In this document: one piece after another, positions 44,136 to 63,889 of the stretch | How the letters are laid out: each line of letters starts with the position of its first letter | How positions within the stretch are numbered: the stretch's first letter is position 1 | The notes under the pieces: generated by a model | The model's database searches: none | What the model saw: only the letters and a program-made list of their open reading frames with translations | What the model was told of the DNA's origin: nothing | Translations under genes and position numbers: made by a program | NCBI GenBank assembly: GCA_012295275.1 | Contig: CM022679.1 | Coordinates: 868,001 to 932,000, forward strand | Direction: 5' to 3' | Source: Chrysomallon squamiferum | Lineage: Eukaryota > Animalia > Mollusca | DNA length: 64,000 nt

Positions 44136-46369
44136 CCATCCTTAGACACATACATACATTTATACTTAGAAACACACATACATATTTACAAATACACAAT
44201 GTATGATACATGTACATAAAAACACATGCACAAACAGAACGATGATAATAACAAAAACCCCTAAAGCCCACACACGCTGATATACACATATTTGAACTTA
44301 TCAACTTGTCCTTAAAATAAGTCCAGCAGCAGACTAATTCTAAGAAGAGATTACAGAATTAACTTCTCTTATCACATTAAACAACTGAACAGTGTTAGAA
44401 AAAGCTGTTACATAAAATACTTATGCTGTAGTAACAAAATTAACAATGTACGTTGGATGTTAGTGCTGAAAGCAATAGAAATGGGTTTACATGGAAAGAA
44501 ATTAGTTATTTCTAGGCTTTATTTGGAAATAATAACCTTGTTTGTCAGTTTTCATTGTTCTAAAATACTACATTTAAGCATTTCTTTTGAAAATAAAACC
44601 ACTCCTGACAGTATTGAAATTCAGTTTTAACTTTCACATCTACTGTATCAACAGCCATTTCTCATCTTGTGACACCAGTGTTGTTATGAAGCTATATATA
44701 TGTATATACTGTTGGTCAGAGAATAGAGTAACTCAGGATTAACTACTCAGTGACTCAATAAGTTGCCAGATTCACATATCGGGATGCATCTGTGCTCAGT
44801 GTAAATCAAACATGGACGCCTGATAAATCTTCTTTATTTCAGACAGGTGTTATACAGGTGTGTGATGTTACAAATACCTGTGATATACATCTACCTGGCT
44901 GAAAAACATTACCCTGCCATTAACATGTCTGAAATTAATTGAAGCTGTTGTTCCAGTATACTTATCTGTCAGAAACATTAACTGTGTGATTACCTGCTGG
45001 TTAACACTTGCTAGTTCTGAGAGAAGTAATGTGTAATCACAGCAAAATGTTAGTAATTAATTAACAGTGATATGTATTCTGCTTATAGCGTTAATGGAGA
45101 GAGAAGTAAAGTGTGTAGTTAGTTGTTGTCTATAAATATCAGTTTTAGCACTCTGTCCAAGTATCTTCAGTATTGATATATTAATAATACATATATACAA
45201 ACTTACACACACACACACACACACGTTCATTTATATATATTGATAGAGAGATATAGAATAGTTGATATAGGTTAATATTTTAATAAGAGATCAAACTGTA
45301 ATGTAAAAATCTTATAATTAATACAACAGTTAAATGAATATATTATACTTCTGTTTGTGAAGCTTATAAATCGTGTCTTTTACAGACATCTGGGAAAATC
45401 TACAAAAGCATGTGTCAGACATCAAAGGACACATAAGTAGCTAGGTGTCTGTAAAGAATTTAATTATAACTCTAACTGTGTAGTAAATATTTGTTATTCT
45501 GTGTTTTTAGTGTAATAATAAATACAGAAGTGAAATCACCTGTTGATGTAAGTTTAATGAACTGACATCATCAAAATGTTAGTCATGTTTGAGTCATGGA
45601 AGTGCTGGCTGAATCAAATAGTCTAAACAGTTTGAGCCTTGAAGCATGAGTCAGCTTTTTGTTGTTAACTGTTGTGAAATAACTAAGAAATAACTACAAC
45701 AAAATGAAATTTGTGCTGAAAAATTAATTAGCAGAAATATAATGTAAAGAAAAATATGATAAGAATAATTAATAATAATAATAAAAACTATCACTACTAC
45801 TACTATTAGTACTACTATTACTGTTACAACAAAAACTACCACCACTACTGCAAGGTAATCTACAACTACTACTATTACAGCTATTACTACAACTACTACT
45901 ATTACTACTACTAATAATAATAATTTTTAACTTTTAAATTAAAAAGTCAGTTTGTGATGTTGAACTGTATTTTTTATTTACTTCATATGAAGATAATCTA
46001 TTAAAATTCTTGGGAAGTCTGCTATTTTTTTTTATATTGTAACGTGTTGTGTTAATTTTCTGCTGTGTTTCAGGGAGGAACAATTCTAGGGGATCCTGAC
46101 ACAGTGCTGGACATGGGCAAGACTCACATCCCTAAACGGATGTTTCTAGATTACCTTGAAGAACTGTCTGCCGGGGCTTATGGGTAAAACAGTATACTAC
46201 AGTGATTAATCTTACTCATCGTTTCCTATTGTTTATTTATTTATTTGTTTATTTATTTATTTTTATTTATTTATTTATTTATTAAAACATTTCCTTTTGT
46301 CCACTTTTATGCAGTATTATTTTAAAAATAGTACAGTCTTAATTTTCTTTTTTAATTCTTTATTATTTC

Positions 46370-46424
<55 letters not shown>

Positions 46425-49400
46425 TTTTTTTATTTTACCTACTTAGCCTGCTTAAATAATTTTATAATTATTTAATTATTTGTTTAATGAGATTAATCTC
46501 TGTAATCAAATACTGTATATTATGCAAGCAGAGAAAAGACAACATTTGTTTCTGATTTATTAAAGTCTGTATCCCTTTAAATATCTTATTTCTAATAATA
46601 ATAATAATTTATAATATATATATGTATAGATAGATAGATAGATAAGTAGATAGATAGATAGATAAATAAATAAGTAAATAAATCAACTGTAATAATGTAC
46701 TGTTTCAGACCTGACAAGTATCATCTGTTAGAGCACAACTGTAACAACTTCACAGCTGACGCCATCCAGTTTCTCACAGGCAAAAGTATCCCATCATACA
46801 TCACTGAACTGCCACAGGAATTCCTCAACACGTAAATATCACTTGTTCATCCCAGACTGAGTCACAGGCTAGCGTTTCTCAGAGTGTCTCTCTCTTTATT
46901 TCTCTCTTTATCTCTCTGCCTCTCTCCTGTCTCTCTCTCTCCTGTCTCCCTCTCTCTGTCTCTCTCTCTTCCTCTAATTATCACTCTCCTTTGTCTTCTC
47001 TTTCTCTCTCTCTCTTTCTATCACTTTTGATCTCTCAGGCTCTCTCTCTCCCATCCCTTTATCTCTCTGTCACTCTCTACCACTCTCTCTCATTTTCTCT
47101 CTCTTTATCTTTCTCTCTCTCTCTCCCTTCCCCTCTCTTACTCTGTTTCACTCTACCCTTGCCTCTTACTCTGTTTCACTCTACCCCTGCCTCTTACTCT
47201 GTTTCACTCTATCCCTGCCTCTTACTCTGTTTCACTCTATCCCTGCCTCTCTCTTACTTTGTTTCACTCTATCCCTGCCTCTTACTCTGTTTCACTCTAT
47301 CCCTGCCTCTCTCTTACTCTGTTTCACTCTATCCCTGCCTCTTACTCTGTTTCACTCTATCCCTGCCTCTTACTCTGTTTCACTCTATTCCTGCCTCTCT
47401 CTTACTCTGTTTCACTCTATCCCTGCCTCTTACTCTGTTTCACTCTATCCCTGCCTCTTTTTACTCTGTTTCACTCTATCCCTGCCTCTTACTCTGTTTC
47501 ACTCTACCCCTGCCTCTTACTCTGTTTCACTCTATCCCTGCCTCTTACTCTGTTTCACTCTATCCCTGCCTCTTACTCTGTTTCACTCTATCCCTGCCTC
47601 TCTCTTACTTTTCCTACCCCTGCCTCTTACTCTGTTTCACTCTATCCCTGCCTCTCTCTTACTCTGTTTCACTCTATCCCTGCCTCTTACTCTGTTTCAC
47701 TCTATCCCTGCCTCTCTCTTACTCTGTTTCACTCTATCCCTGCCTCTTACTCTGTTTGTTTCACTCTACCCCTGCCTCTTACTCTGTTTCACTTATCCCC
47801 TGCCTCTTACTCTGTTTCACTCTATCCCTGCCTCTTACTCTGTTTCACTCTATCCCTGCCTCTTACTCTGTTTCACTCTATCCCTGCCTCTCTCTTACTT
47901 TGTTTCACTCTATCCCTGCCTCTTACTCTGTTTCACTCTACCCCTGCCTCTTACTCTGTTTCACTCTATCCCTGCCTCTTACTCTGTTTCACTCTATCCC
48001 TGCCTCTCTCTTACTTTGTTTCACTCTATCCCTGCCTCTTACTCTGTTTCACTCTATCCCTGCCTCTCTTACTGTTTTTGTTTCACTCTATCCCTGCCTC
48101 TTACTCTGTTTCACTCTACCCCTGCCTCTTACTCTGTTTCACTCTATCCCTGCCTCTTACTCTTGTTTGTTTCACTCTATCCCTGCCTCTCTCTTACTTT
48201 GTTTCACTCTATCCCTGCCTCTTACTCTGTTTCACTCTATCCCTGCCTCTCTCTTACTCTGTTTCACTCTATCCCCTGCCTCTTACTCTGTTTCACTCTA
48301 TCCCTGCCTCTTACTCTGTTTCACTCTATCCCTGCCTCTCTCTTACTCTGTTTCACTCTATCCCTGCCTCTTACTCTGTTTCACTCTATCCCTGCCTCTT
48401 ACTCTGTTTCACTCTATCCCTGCCTCTTACTCTGTTTCACTCTATCCCTGCCTCTTACTCTGTTTCACTCTATCCCTGCCTCTTACTCTGTTTCACTCTA
48501 TCCCTGCCTCTCTTACTTTGTTTCACTCTATCCCCACTCTTACTCTGTTTCACTCTATCCCTGCCTCTCTTACTCTGTTTCACTCTATCCCTGCCTCTCT
48601 TACTCTGTTTCACTCTATCCCTGCCTCTCTTACTCTGTTTCACTCTATCCCTGCCTCTTACTCTGTTTCACTCTATCCACATTCTTACTCTGTTTCACTC
48701 TATCCCTGCCTCTTACTCTGTTTCACTCTATCCCCTGCCTCTTACTTTGTTTCACTCTATCCCCTGCCTTACTCTGTTTCACTCTATCCCTGCCTCTTAC
48801 TCTGTTTCACTCTATCCCTGCCTCTCTTACTCTGTTTCACTCTATCCCCACTCTTACTCTGTTTCACTCTATCCCCACTCTTACTCTGTTTCACTCTACC
48901 CTTGCCTCTCTTACTCTGTTTCACTCTATCCCTGCCTCTCTTACTCTGTTTCACTCTTCCCCTCTCTTCTCTGTTTCACTCTATCCCTGCCTCTCTTACT
49001 CTGTTTCACTCTATCCCTGCCTCTCTTAGTCTGTTTCACTCTATCCCCACTCTTACTCTGTTTCACTCTATCCCCACTCTTACTCTGTTTCACTCTATCC
49101 CTGCCTCTCTCTACTGTGTGTGTGTTTGATTTCAGGCCTCTAGGAGCCATGATAAAACCTCTGATTGACAACATGTCTGTACAGCCAACCGGGGGTCAGT
49201 CTGTCTTTCCCAAGTCAGGAAACAGTTCCCGGAATGCTAGCGCCGTGCTGTACAATGACTTCCCTTCCCAGGGAGACTTCCTCGGGGTCAACAGGGACGA
49301 GTGGAGCTGCCAGGCCGATGTTGTCTGTGAGAAAAACAATGACGACTGTTCTGCAAAGCCAGTAGTCTTTAAACCTGATGATGTTAGCCATTTTTTATTT

Positions 49401-52400
49401 TCTACGTGTTTGAAACATACAGACAGACAGACAGTGAGAGAGTATGTGTGTGTGTGTCTGTCTGAATGTTTGTGTTGTTGTTGACTGATGACTAAATATA
49501 AAGAAAATGATTAAACTACTAGGAAAAATGTATTCAAAATTCCAAAATTTGCTTTATTACTATTGTTTTTAATATAAAAATTATTTTTATTAAGAAATTC
49601 AGTAATAAAATAATAATGAATAAATAAATAAAAATAAAACAACAATATATAAATAAATAAATAAATACTATTATTATACTGAAATCTGTGCCCTGTGACT
49701 AAGCTGTGACAGTGAGGACTAAGAACTGAGTTTTGTGTTGAAGGGTTTTCTCGAGCAGTGTATGAAGAGCCAGACGCAGGAGAACTGCTTTCCTCCAGGT
49801 GACACAGAGATGTGGCAAGAAGTAAAAGAATACCTGTGTGTTGCAGAGTGCAGCTTTTCTCTCAGTCGAAGTCACCTTCACATCATCGGTAACACTGCTT
49901 TGTACTCCTCAGCAGCTTACACTTTCATGTGTTATTATTATTATTATTGTCATTATTGTTATTGTTTTTGTCATTGTTATTATTTTAATTATTATTTAAT
50001 TTTTATTTTTGTCTTTATTGTTATATTTTTTTGTTATTATTTTTATAACTGTTACAATTATTTTAGAATTTAAAAATTATTATTATTGCCTTTATTATTA
50101 TTGTTTCTATTACTGTGACTGTTATTACTACCATTACTATTGCTTTTATTATTATTATTATTTTTATTACTATCTTTGTGGTTATTATTATTATTTCTAT
50201 CTTTTTGCCAGTAGTCATTATTTATTTAGTTATTTTCATTAAAATTCTCTCTCATTTTGTTTTGCTATAGTATAATTCTGATTGGTACTTGATGTCTAGA
50301 TTTATAATTATTTTCTTTTTAATTATGTATGTGTTTGTATGTGTGTTTGTATGTGTGTTTGTCTACATCATTTTGCTTCTGTTACTTTAAATTCTGATAC
50401 CTCCCCATGATATCTTTGTTGCTGAATACCTTGTAAAGTTCAACACTACAAATATTCAGTGACATATTTTTAAAGTCACTCTGTGGTGTTTTGTGTCTTT
50501 CAGAAAATGCTATAACAAGCGGAGAGGTGTCTGTCGACAAGAAAGTCTGCACATGCCAACTTCTCCAGCTTCTCGTTCTCAAAGACGATTTCCTCAGCCT
50601 GCTGTCACATGACCCCAGTCACATGATCAACACCTTACTCGTTTGTTTTGGTGAGCAGCCTCTGCCAGTGAAAACGTGCCTCGTTAAAGTGGTGAGTTTG
50701 AAACATGTTTCTCACATTCTAAACCAAACTTTATATATATATATATATATATATTTTTCTGTCTCACTAACATTGTCTCCACCCCACCCCCGTCTCTCTT
50801 GTTTAAAGACATAACAGTTTATCCTGAAGTTTTTCAGTTTAGATGTAGATTGTGATAATTGTTGATTTTATGTTGTTTCCACAGCTGGCTAACTGTTGCA
50901 GCACAGAGCGTGGTCGTGCGGTGCTGTCAGACGTTGGCAGCGCAGAGGCTGCTGAGAGCACCCCAGAGCACAGGGTGTGTCACATGTGCACGTCGTGTCT
51001 GCTGGACGAAACCTCCGCGGAGCTGAAGGAGGCCGGCGCAGGGCTGACTCTGAACCTGAGTCTGAGCAAGGTAAAACCTGTTTTACGTTTTCTCTCTGAC
51101 TCACATGTCTCACTGTCTCACATGTCTCAATGTCTCGCATGTCTCACTTTCAACTCTGAACCTGAGTCTGAATTTAATTTAATTTAATGATTTAAAACAG
51201 GTTGATGTGATGTTAACATTTTTACAATTATTTCACAGGTGGACTATGAAACAGAACTTGAACTTGGTAGTGCTCTCACTCACTGTCTACAACAACCCCT
51301 CCCTACTGAGAACACCAGTGAGTTGTGTCCCCTTTTTACTTAATTTTATTATTATTATTATTATTACTTTTTTTTCACCAAACAAAATATATTATTTCCT
51401 TTTAAATACTGAGAATAATATAATTAAATGTTAAGTAATCTACTGTTTAATTTTTATTATTTAGTATATTCAACTGATGCTACATATATTAAGTTATTAC
51501 TAAACTACTACTACCTTTACTACCACTGCAACAATCACACCTTCTATTAGTACTACAGTCAGGACTTTTACTACTTCTACTGATATCACTACTTCTGCTG
51601 CTGCTACAACCACCACTACTACTACTACCAATATTTCTATATCTATCATTACTATTATTAGTACTAATATACTACTTCCACTGCTACTACCATTACTACT
51701 ACTGCAACAATCACACCTTTTATTAGTACTAGTCAGGACTTTTACTACTTCTACTGATATCACTACTTCTGCTGCTGCTACAACCACCACTACTACTACT
51801 ACCAATATTTCTATATCTATCATTACTATTATTATTACTAATATACTACTTCCACTGCTACTACCATTACTACTACTACTACTATTATTATTACTACTAC
51901 CATTTCAAAAATTATACTGTTATAATAAGAACTGTTACCAGACTATTGTAATTTTTATTAAATTATTTTTATTTGGTTGTCATCATCTTATTTGTATTTG
52001 AATGTTAAACTCTGATGCAGTTATTATAACAGTGTGTTCTGTGTATGTGTTCTGTGAGTGTGTTCTGTGAGTGTGTTCTGTGAGTGTGTTCTGCGAGTGT
52101 GTTCTGCGAGTGTGTTCTGCGAGTGTGTTCTGGGAGTGTGTAATTGTTTCTGTTTTATTTTCAGCCTTGTACTGTCTGCTGAGTTTGTTGCAGTTTACAC
52201 AGAAAAATGCTGAGGTTTGCTGTTTTGAAATGTTTTCTCTTCCTAACAGCTTTAATACTGGATGTTTAATTAATGTTCACTTTTATCTCATTGTCTTTCC
52301 CATTTTTGTCTTTTATTTATGTATCTATTTATGTATTTATTTATTTATTTATTTATTTAATTTATTTATATATTTATATAATTTATTTATATATTTATAT

Positions 52401-52755
52401 ATTTATTTAATTTATTTATATATTTTTATTATTTATTTATTATCATCTTTTATTATTATTATTATTATTATTATTTTAATTATTAATTATTATTTTTAAT
52501 AATCACTATAGATTTAACAAATACATATTTTTTGATTATCTGTGCATTTCTGAACTATATCTTTCCAAACACCTCCAAACGTCCCCAGACTTTTTACTGA
52601 TGATTATGTATGTAAATATGTAATTGTCTGTGTTACCTGTGTTTCAGATTCGAGACCTGGCTGGTGTTATGAGTATTGCCTGGTCAGAACACAGCAACCT
52701 CTCCCCCCGAATCAAAAACATCTGTGTCAAACTCCAAACTCAGATCAGCCAGTAA
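43434..52755 (+). CDS. DESI1: DESI1-like PPPDE desumoylating/deubiquitinating isopeptidase with a C-terminal helical (PUL-like) domain, about 472 aa
   Basis: Eleven exons: 43434-43521, 43869-43963, 46074-46183, 46709-46831, 49136-49382, 49744-49888, 50504-50691, 50885-51070, 51239-51317, 52165-52214, 52648-52755 (1419 nt, phases consistent). PPPDE motifs [30 protein letters not shown] (catalytic His), [11 protein letters not shown] (catalytic Cys), [24 protein letters not shown]. The PUL assignment of the C-terminal half is inferred. Confidence 0.88.
47131..49110 (+). repeat. About 29-33-bp pyrimidine-rich minisatellite, about 2 kb (roughly 65 copies), DESI1-like intron 4
   Basis: Unit ctcttactctgtttcactctatccctgcc; ends about 25 nt before the acceptor at 49135 and explains the 712, 741 and 337-aa ORFs. 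Confidence 0.97.
51505..51880 (+). repeat. About 177-bp tandem duplication of (act)n-rich sequence in DESI1-like intron 9
   Basis: actgcaacaatcacacctt...gtcaggacttttactacttctactgatatcactac...gctactaccattactac occurs twice (about 51524 and 51701). Confidence 0.85.
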
Positions 52756-55468
52756 CAATCAACATATCTCCGTTATTGTATACACTCTTTGTTTTATACG
52801 TCTTTTTACACACCTATGTCTTACAATGTGCAGAAAACCTTGTTGTGTAGGGTTGAGAATTATGTGTGAAAATTGTGTTATTCTGCAGATGTTTATTGTT
52901 TATGATGAAAGTTATACTAGGTTTGTCTGCTGGGTTGCTGTTTTGTAGGGATTGTTTTGAGTAACATATTTAATTGTGTATCTGTCGCTGTTGATGACGA
53001 TGTTGTATGATGGAGAACGCTGTTCTGGGTTGATGTTGTCTACCATATCAATGATAATGTTTTTATATTAATAATGATTTTTAGCAGCTGCAAAATTTAA
53101 AAAATTTGGTTTATTTTTTGCATATTTTATTTATTTATTTATTTATTTATTTATAAATCTTATATATACATATATCTAAGTTATTTAAAAGAAAACGATG
53201 AAATGTTAATGTTTCCAATAAATAACTGTTTAGCCTTACTTGTTGCGACTCATTTTTGTTAAATCCAGCACTGGATTCAGACAGAAAAGTATTTACATTA
53301 ACTATCACTGTACTTAATGTGATTCAGTAATATTTTGTTTAAAAAATAATTTGAAGATATATATTTAATTATGATGTTCACCATTCAGCACAACTCAAAA
53401 ACTATTGTAAAAATACTGGTGATGTAATTATGATATGTTTTCAGGTAAGTATTGGGATCCAGAAACTTATCAATAGATTACTGATAAAACCATAATAAAA
53501 ATAAAAAAATAAAAATAATATTAACTAAATAAAAAATATAATAATAATAATAATAAAAGTACTGATAAAAATTTGCAACCACTTGATATCAGTATATCTA
53601 TGTACCATTTTTAGTGATGTAAAAACTGTTATGATAACTGCAAAGTGAAGACTGCTTCTCAATTCACCTGTTTATTAAACTGCTGATCTGTTCCTATAAT
53701 AATTACTTTTTACTTTTTTTCTCTATTAAATATAAATTCTGTGTGGACATGGGTGGGTGTGTTTGTATGTAAACTAATAACACAAAACGGACGGCTAAGT
53801 AATGAAATAATTGTTTACATTTTCCCATTTGACAAATACAAGAACATTGTTTAACTAGGTATCAACTTGTTTACATCTACAGTTCTACTGTGTAACACTG
53901 TTCAGAACTAACCTACAGTTTATGATATGGATAAAATATTTCTGTACACTTTCATAAACTAATAATATTAATTGGTTTTACTCACATATATGGGACTATA
54001 ACATTTTTTAATAATAATAAAATAAAATAAAAAAATAAATAAAATATAAATAAATAAATAAATAAAAAATGAAGCAATATCAAATCTTTAATTCTTTATT
54101 AATGCTAGTATTTAAGAATTACTGATTTATTGATTTATTGATATTTTTAAATATTTTATGTATTTGTGTTTATTCTGCCAGATATTTAAATATATACAAA
54201 ACTTTATGGGGGGGGGCAGATTATTCACACTGTGTACAATATAACATGTATTTGTAACTAGACTGAGAGTCAGTAGTCACTCTTGAATAACAGTATTATT
54301 TAAATCATCTATCCTAGCAAAACACAATACAGGTATATATAGATAGATAAATAGAAAATTAAATATTTGTCATGTTATATATATAATAATGGATATATAA
54401 TTTATACAACATAATGACTGACAGTAATAAACAAATAAATTAGCTGTTTCTATAACACTTGTAAAACACTGATATACACATGTAATACTCTGTGTAAATT
54501 ATCTTGAAAGGTAAACAAAGTAAAACTTTGCAACAATAATAATTATTTGTCATGTGACCTGAATCCATGGAGAGTACATAAAGTATATTGTTGTTGTTAT
54601 AAGTTCTATATTTATATTACAAAAAAAAAAAAAAAAGTATATAAAAATAAAATAAAACAAAATTAACATGGCAGATGGAGAAAAAGTCAGATGCTTAGTA
54701 AGTTTACATGGTAGAATTTATCTTAAAAATAAGAAAATTAATAACTAAATAAAATAAAATAAATTATTCAGTTAATTTAAGTGTAATTTACTTGAGGTCA
54801 CTTTGATGGAAACAGGTCACAAATGTCTACTTTCTTCTGTCTGAGATTGTCATTGTTTAAACAGAAATAAAAATGAGATCAAAACCCAACAAAAATATAT
54901 CTATAAAACATGAAAATAATCTGAATCTTTTGATGAAAATAATTTTTGTTGTATTAAAATTTTCTAGTAAATATATATCTACAGAGATATTTATTAATAT
55001 ATAAAAAAGTAGCATTATTATCAATTGTGCAAATAAATTAAAGGGAAATAACTCATCTGAGATTATAGGAAAAAATATAATAGATTTATTTAATTCTTCT
55101 GTTGGAAGATAACTAGTAATAATAATTTATTTTTATAATATGTTAACAATGCCCATTACTTAACATAATCTTTACTTCTGAACAAATTTTCAAAATATAT
55201 TTACATTTTCTTAAACATTTGAAAAAAAAGAAATGCATTAATAATTTTGTGACTAGATCTATGCATAAATGCATGCACATGAAAAGTAAATGCATATACG
55301 TACATGCACATTATCTTGTGTTTGCACAGAAACATGCATATTTGCATACACACACATGTACAAACATACGTACTATTATATATACAAATGTATTTTAATA
55401 TAGGCCTTTACTTAGAGTGAAAGAAAAGTAAAATACACTGACAGAGAGAATGTAATAACAACAACAAC

Positions 55469-55558
<90 letters not shown>

Positions 55559-55776
55559 GGAAGAGAACAAAATATTTTTAAAGCACCATGAAGAAAAAGA
55601 GGAGAAAACATCACATTAAACACTGATTATATCAAGTTTTTCATCACAAGATTATAAGTAGACACAACAGCAAATTTAAAATTAAATGTTTTTTTTTATC
55701 TTTTCTTTATTCCATTTTGTAATGAATTTTAATTAACCTATGTTACTTTATTTTACAAAAAACAATAATATCATCA

Positions 55777-55812
<36 letters not shown>

Positions 55813-57298
55813 TGAATATTTCTTTTATTGTTATTTATTATTTTGTTATTTCAGGCAGTTTAATGAAATCACAGACAGCATATAAGGAATGATAATGGGT
55901 AAAATCAAATCAAGAAAAAACTTGAGACTGTTTGATTAGTTAGGAATGCAGTAATTATGCTGTTAAAAAAAATCTTTCAACAAGATGAGAATTTGTATTA
56001 GTGAATTAAAAAACATAAAACAATAAATAAATAAATAAATACTTCTACTACTACTACTACTACCACTAATAATAATAAAATAATAATAGTATTAGTAATA
56101 AGTAAACACACAAATGACACAAAGACATGAATGCTATTACAGAGAGATGTACTGCAAGGTTTGTGTGGTTTTCTATATTTAGCTCACACTGAGAAAGGTG
56201 TCACATCTATTACAATGTATCCCAGATCCAGTCAGAACTTTTTCAACTCTTAAATCAGTTATTTGAATTATGAACACAAAACATGGGTAAGATTGACATG
56301 TCCATCATAGTTTGAATTAGCATGTTAGAACACTACATAGAAAACAGAGAAGCCGCACACCTGTATGATGTATCTGTGTAGAGGTTGCCATGGTGATGTC
56401 TACTAGTTTAACATGAGTGTGCAGTTTACATTGTTTTAACAGGTTTCTGTACAAGATAACAAAGACAAAATGTACAGAAAAAAAAAAAATTGGAAACTTT
56501 GCATTTCAAATACTGACCAATCACAGACAAGTAATTAACATAAATTATTCACAGAGTAATGGAGGTCAGGCAGTAGCAGTGTGGACTATTATTTTAACCC
56601 ACCCAGAACTTGCATTAATATTCACAGCATGTTACAATAACCCTGAACAGCATGAGTCCTACGCAAACCAGTACATACAATGTTACAAATCAGATCTGTG
56701 GTTACAAAGGTGGAATAATGTATACACACTGACAGTCTAATATATGCATCATGATAATCTGTATACAACAGCTAATATGTGACAGTCTTGTAAGGTAGTC
56801 TAGATATCCACTAAGAAAGTTTAGTATGTTCTTACTGACAGTTTTATATATCTGTGATGACAGACTAATAGTTATATTCAAAAGACAGCCCAGTGTATCC
56901 ATTACAACAGATCTGCTGTCACATCTCAGCATCTGTACAGAAACAAAACAGTTGGCTTGCATTTCTATCTCATGACTTTAAAAATCTCACCCAAAACTTT
57001 AAATATAGGCAAATAAATAAATAGACAAACAATAAATTTTAAATAATTATATGGATATAATAAATTTTAAAAATAAATAAATAAATAAATAAAATAAATA
57101 TTTGTTTTTCAAAACTTGGAATGGTATGTTCACAAAAAAAAAAAAAATCCATTCAGTTTTAGCTGACTTTTGAAAAACAAAAATTAATTTTTATATTTAA
57201 TACTAAAAGACTTGAAGCTATTTTTATCACACAGTTTGTGTGTACTGTGTTTTGGCAATGAAAACAGAATATATACCACACCCTTATGTCATAACAGA

Positions 57299-57450
57299 AT
57301 CCCACCCCCACTCTGACAACATCCCCACCCTCTGATAAAGTACCCCCACTCTGACAACATCCCCACCCTCTGATAAAGTACCCCCACTCCAGTAACACAT
57401 CCCCACCCTCTGATAAAGTACCCCCACTCCGGTAACACATCCCCACCCAC
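57299..57450 (-). repeat. About 39-bp tandem repeat (about 4 copies) in the probable Rab 3' UTR
   Basis: acatccccaccctctgataaagtacccccactc repeated on the + strand, about 80 nt beyond the Rab stop codon. Confidence 0.85.
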
Positions 57451-57528
57451 ACAGTGCTGTCACACAACCACAGTGTCTCCCCACCCTCGTCCTGTCGCTG
57501 GGGGGGGGTGACGTTGTGGAAGCTGCTG

Positions 57529-62679
<5,151 letters not shown>

Positions 62680-62689
62680 CTAACATATC

Positions 62690-63100
62690 AGTCACATATC
62701 CTGAATACCACACATAGCTCTATAGCCTGACTATCACATACAGCTGTATAACACTATCACATATAGCTCTATATCCTGACTATCACATATAGCTGTATAA
62801 CACTATCACACATATCTCTATAGCCTGACTATCACATACAGCTGTATAACCCTAACTACCATATATCTGATATTGCTGTATATCCTACATAACATATACC
62901 TTATGTAGCTGCATATTTCTAAATTATATCATATAGCTGTATATCCTAAATACCACATATCTTATATAGCTGTATATCCTAAATATTATATACCTTATAT
63001 AGCTGCATATTTCTAAATTACATCATATATTTTACATAGCTATATATCCTAATTATAATATATCTTATATAACTGCTTATCCTAAGTATCATAGGCTTTG
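62690..63100. repeat. Degenerate tandem repeat of atagctgtatatcctaa/ctatcacat units in the intron upstream of Rab exon A
   Basis: Recurrent tagct(c/g)tata and actatcacata words. Confidence 0.75.
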
Positions 63101-63850
63101 CATACCCAAAAGTTCTTACATCTTATCTAGTTCTATATGCCAAAATCTTATGTGTCTTACATAGTTTTGTGGTATATTCCAAATTGTTACCAAATTATTA
63201 TAGCTTAAATAATATATATTTTATAAATCTATATATGTATAAATAACATGTACATCTTATAAAGCTGTACTGCATGTCCCAAAACATCTTTTACAGCTAT
63301 TAATGTGTAAATATTATAAATCTATTAAACATAGCTATTTTGTACATGCTGCAATAGTTTAGTCCTATGTTTAGTTACAAAATACACTAACAGCATGGTA
63401 CACCTCAAAACATTATATACAAACTATTATTTACCAAAACAGTAATTGTTTCATTTCACAAAGTGTAAAATTATAAATTTGATAAAAAAAAAAAAAAAAA
63501 AAAATAATAATAATAAAAACTAAAATATTTATATAATAAATTAAATTATATGTGACTGATTTTGTCATGTAATGTCACACAATTAGATTTTAATTTTTTT
63601 TGGGTATATATATCTTTAACATTTACTTAGATGGTCTCAGCAAGGTCACTGACAACAACAACAATAAAAACACCACAACCTTTCACCACCACCAGATGAA
63701 GCAAACACACAATTATCTCCCAGTGAGTAACATCAAAACAAACAAACACTGAAAACCTGGTCACAGAGGAGGAAAAGAAAATGAAGAAAGTTAAGTTTAC
63801 ATGACTGACTTATTAATATTTATTTATTTATTTATTTGAAATTCTCTTTT

Positions 63851-63889
<39 letters not shown>

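Noticed and set aside
46991-49129. 712, 741 and 337-aa ORFs ([28 protein letters not shown])n
   Set aside because: They arise from a stop-poor CT-rich minisatellite open in all three frames inside a GT-AG intron; only 49136-49382 is real exon.
52756-57298. Hidden gene or ncRNA in the gap between the convergent DESI1-like and Rab genes
   Set aside because: No spliceable coding exons, tRNA or snRNA motifs recognised; consistent with AT-rich 3' UTRs and intergenic DNA.
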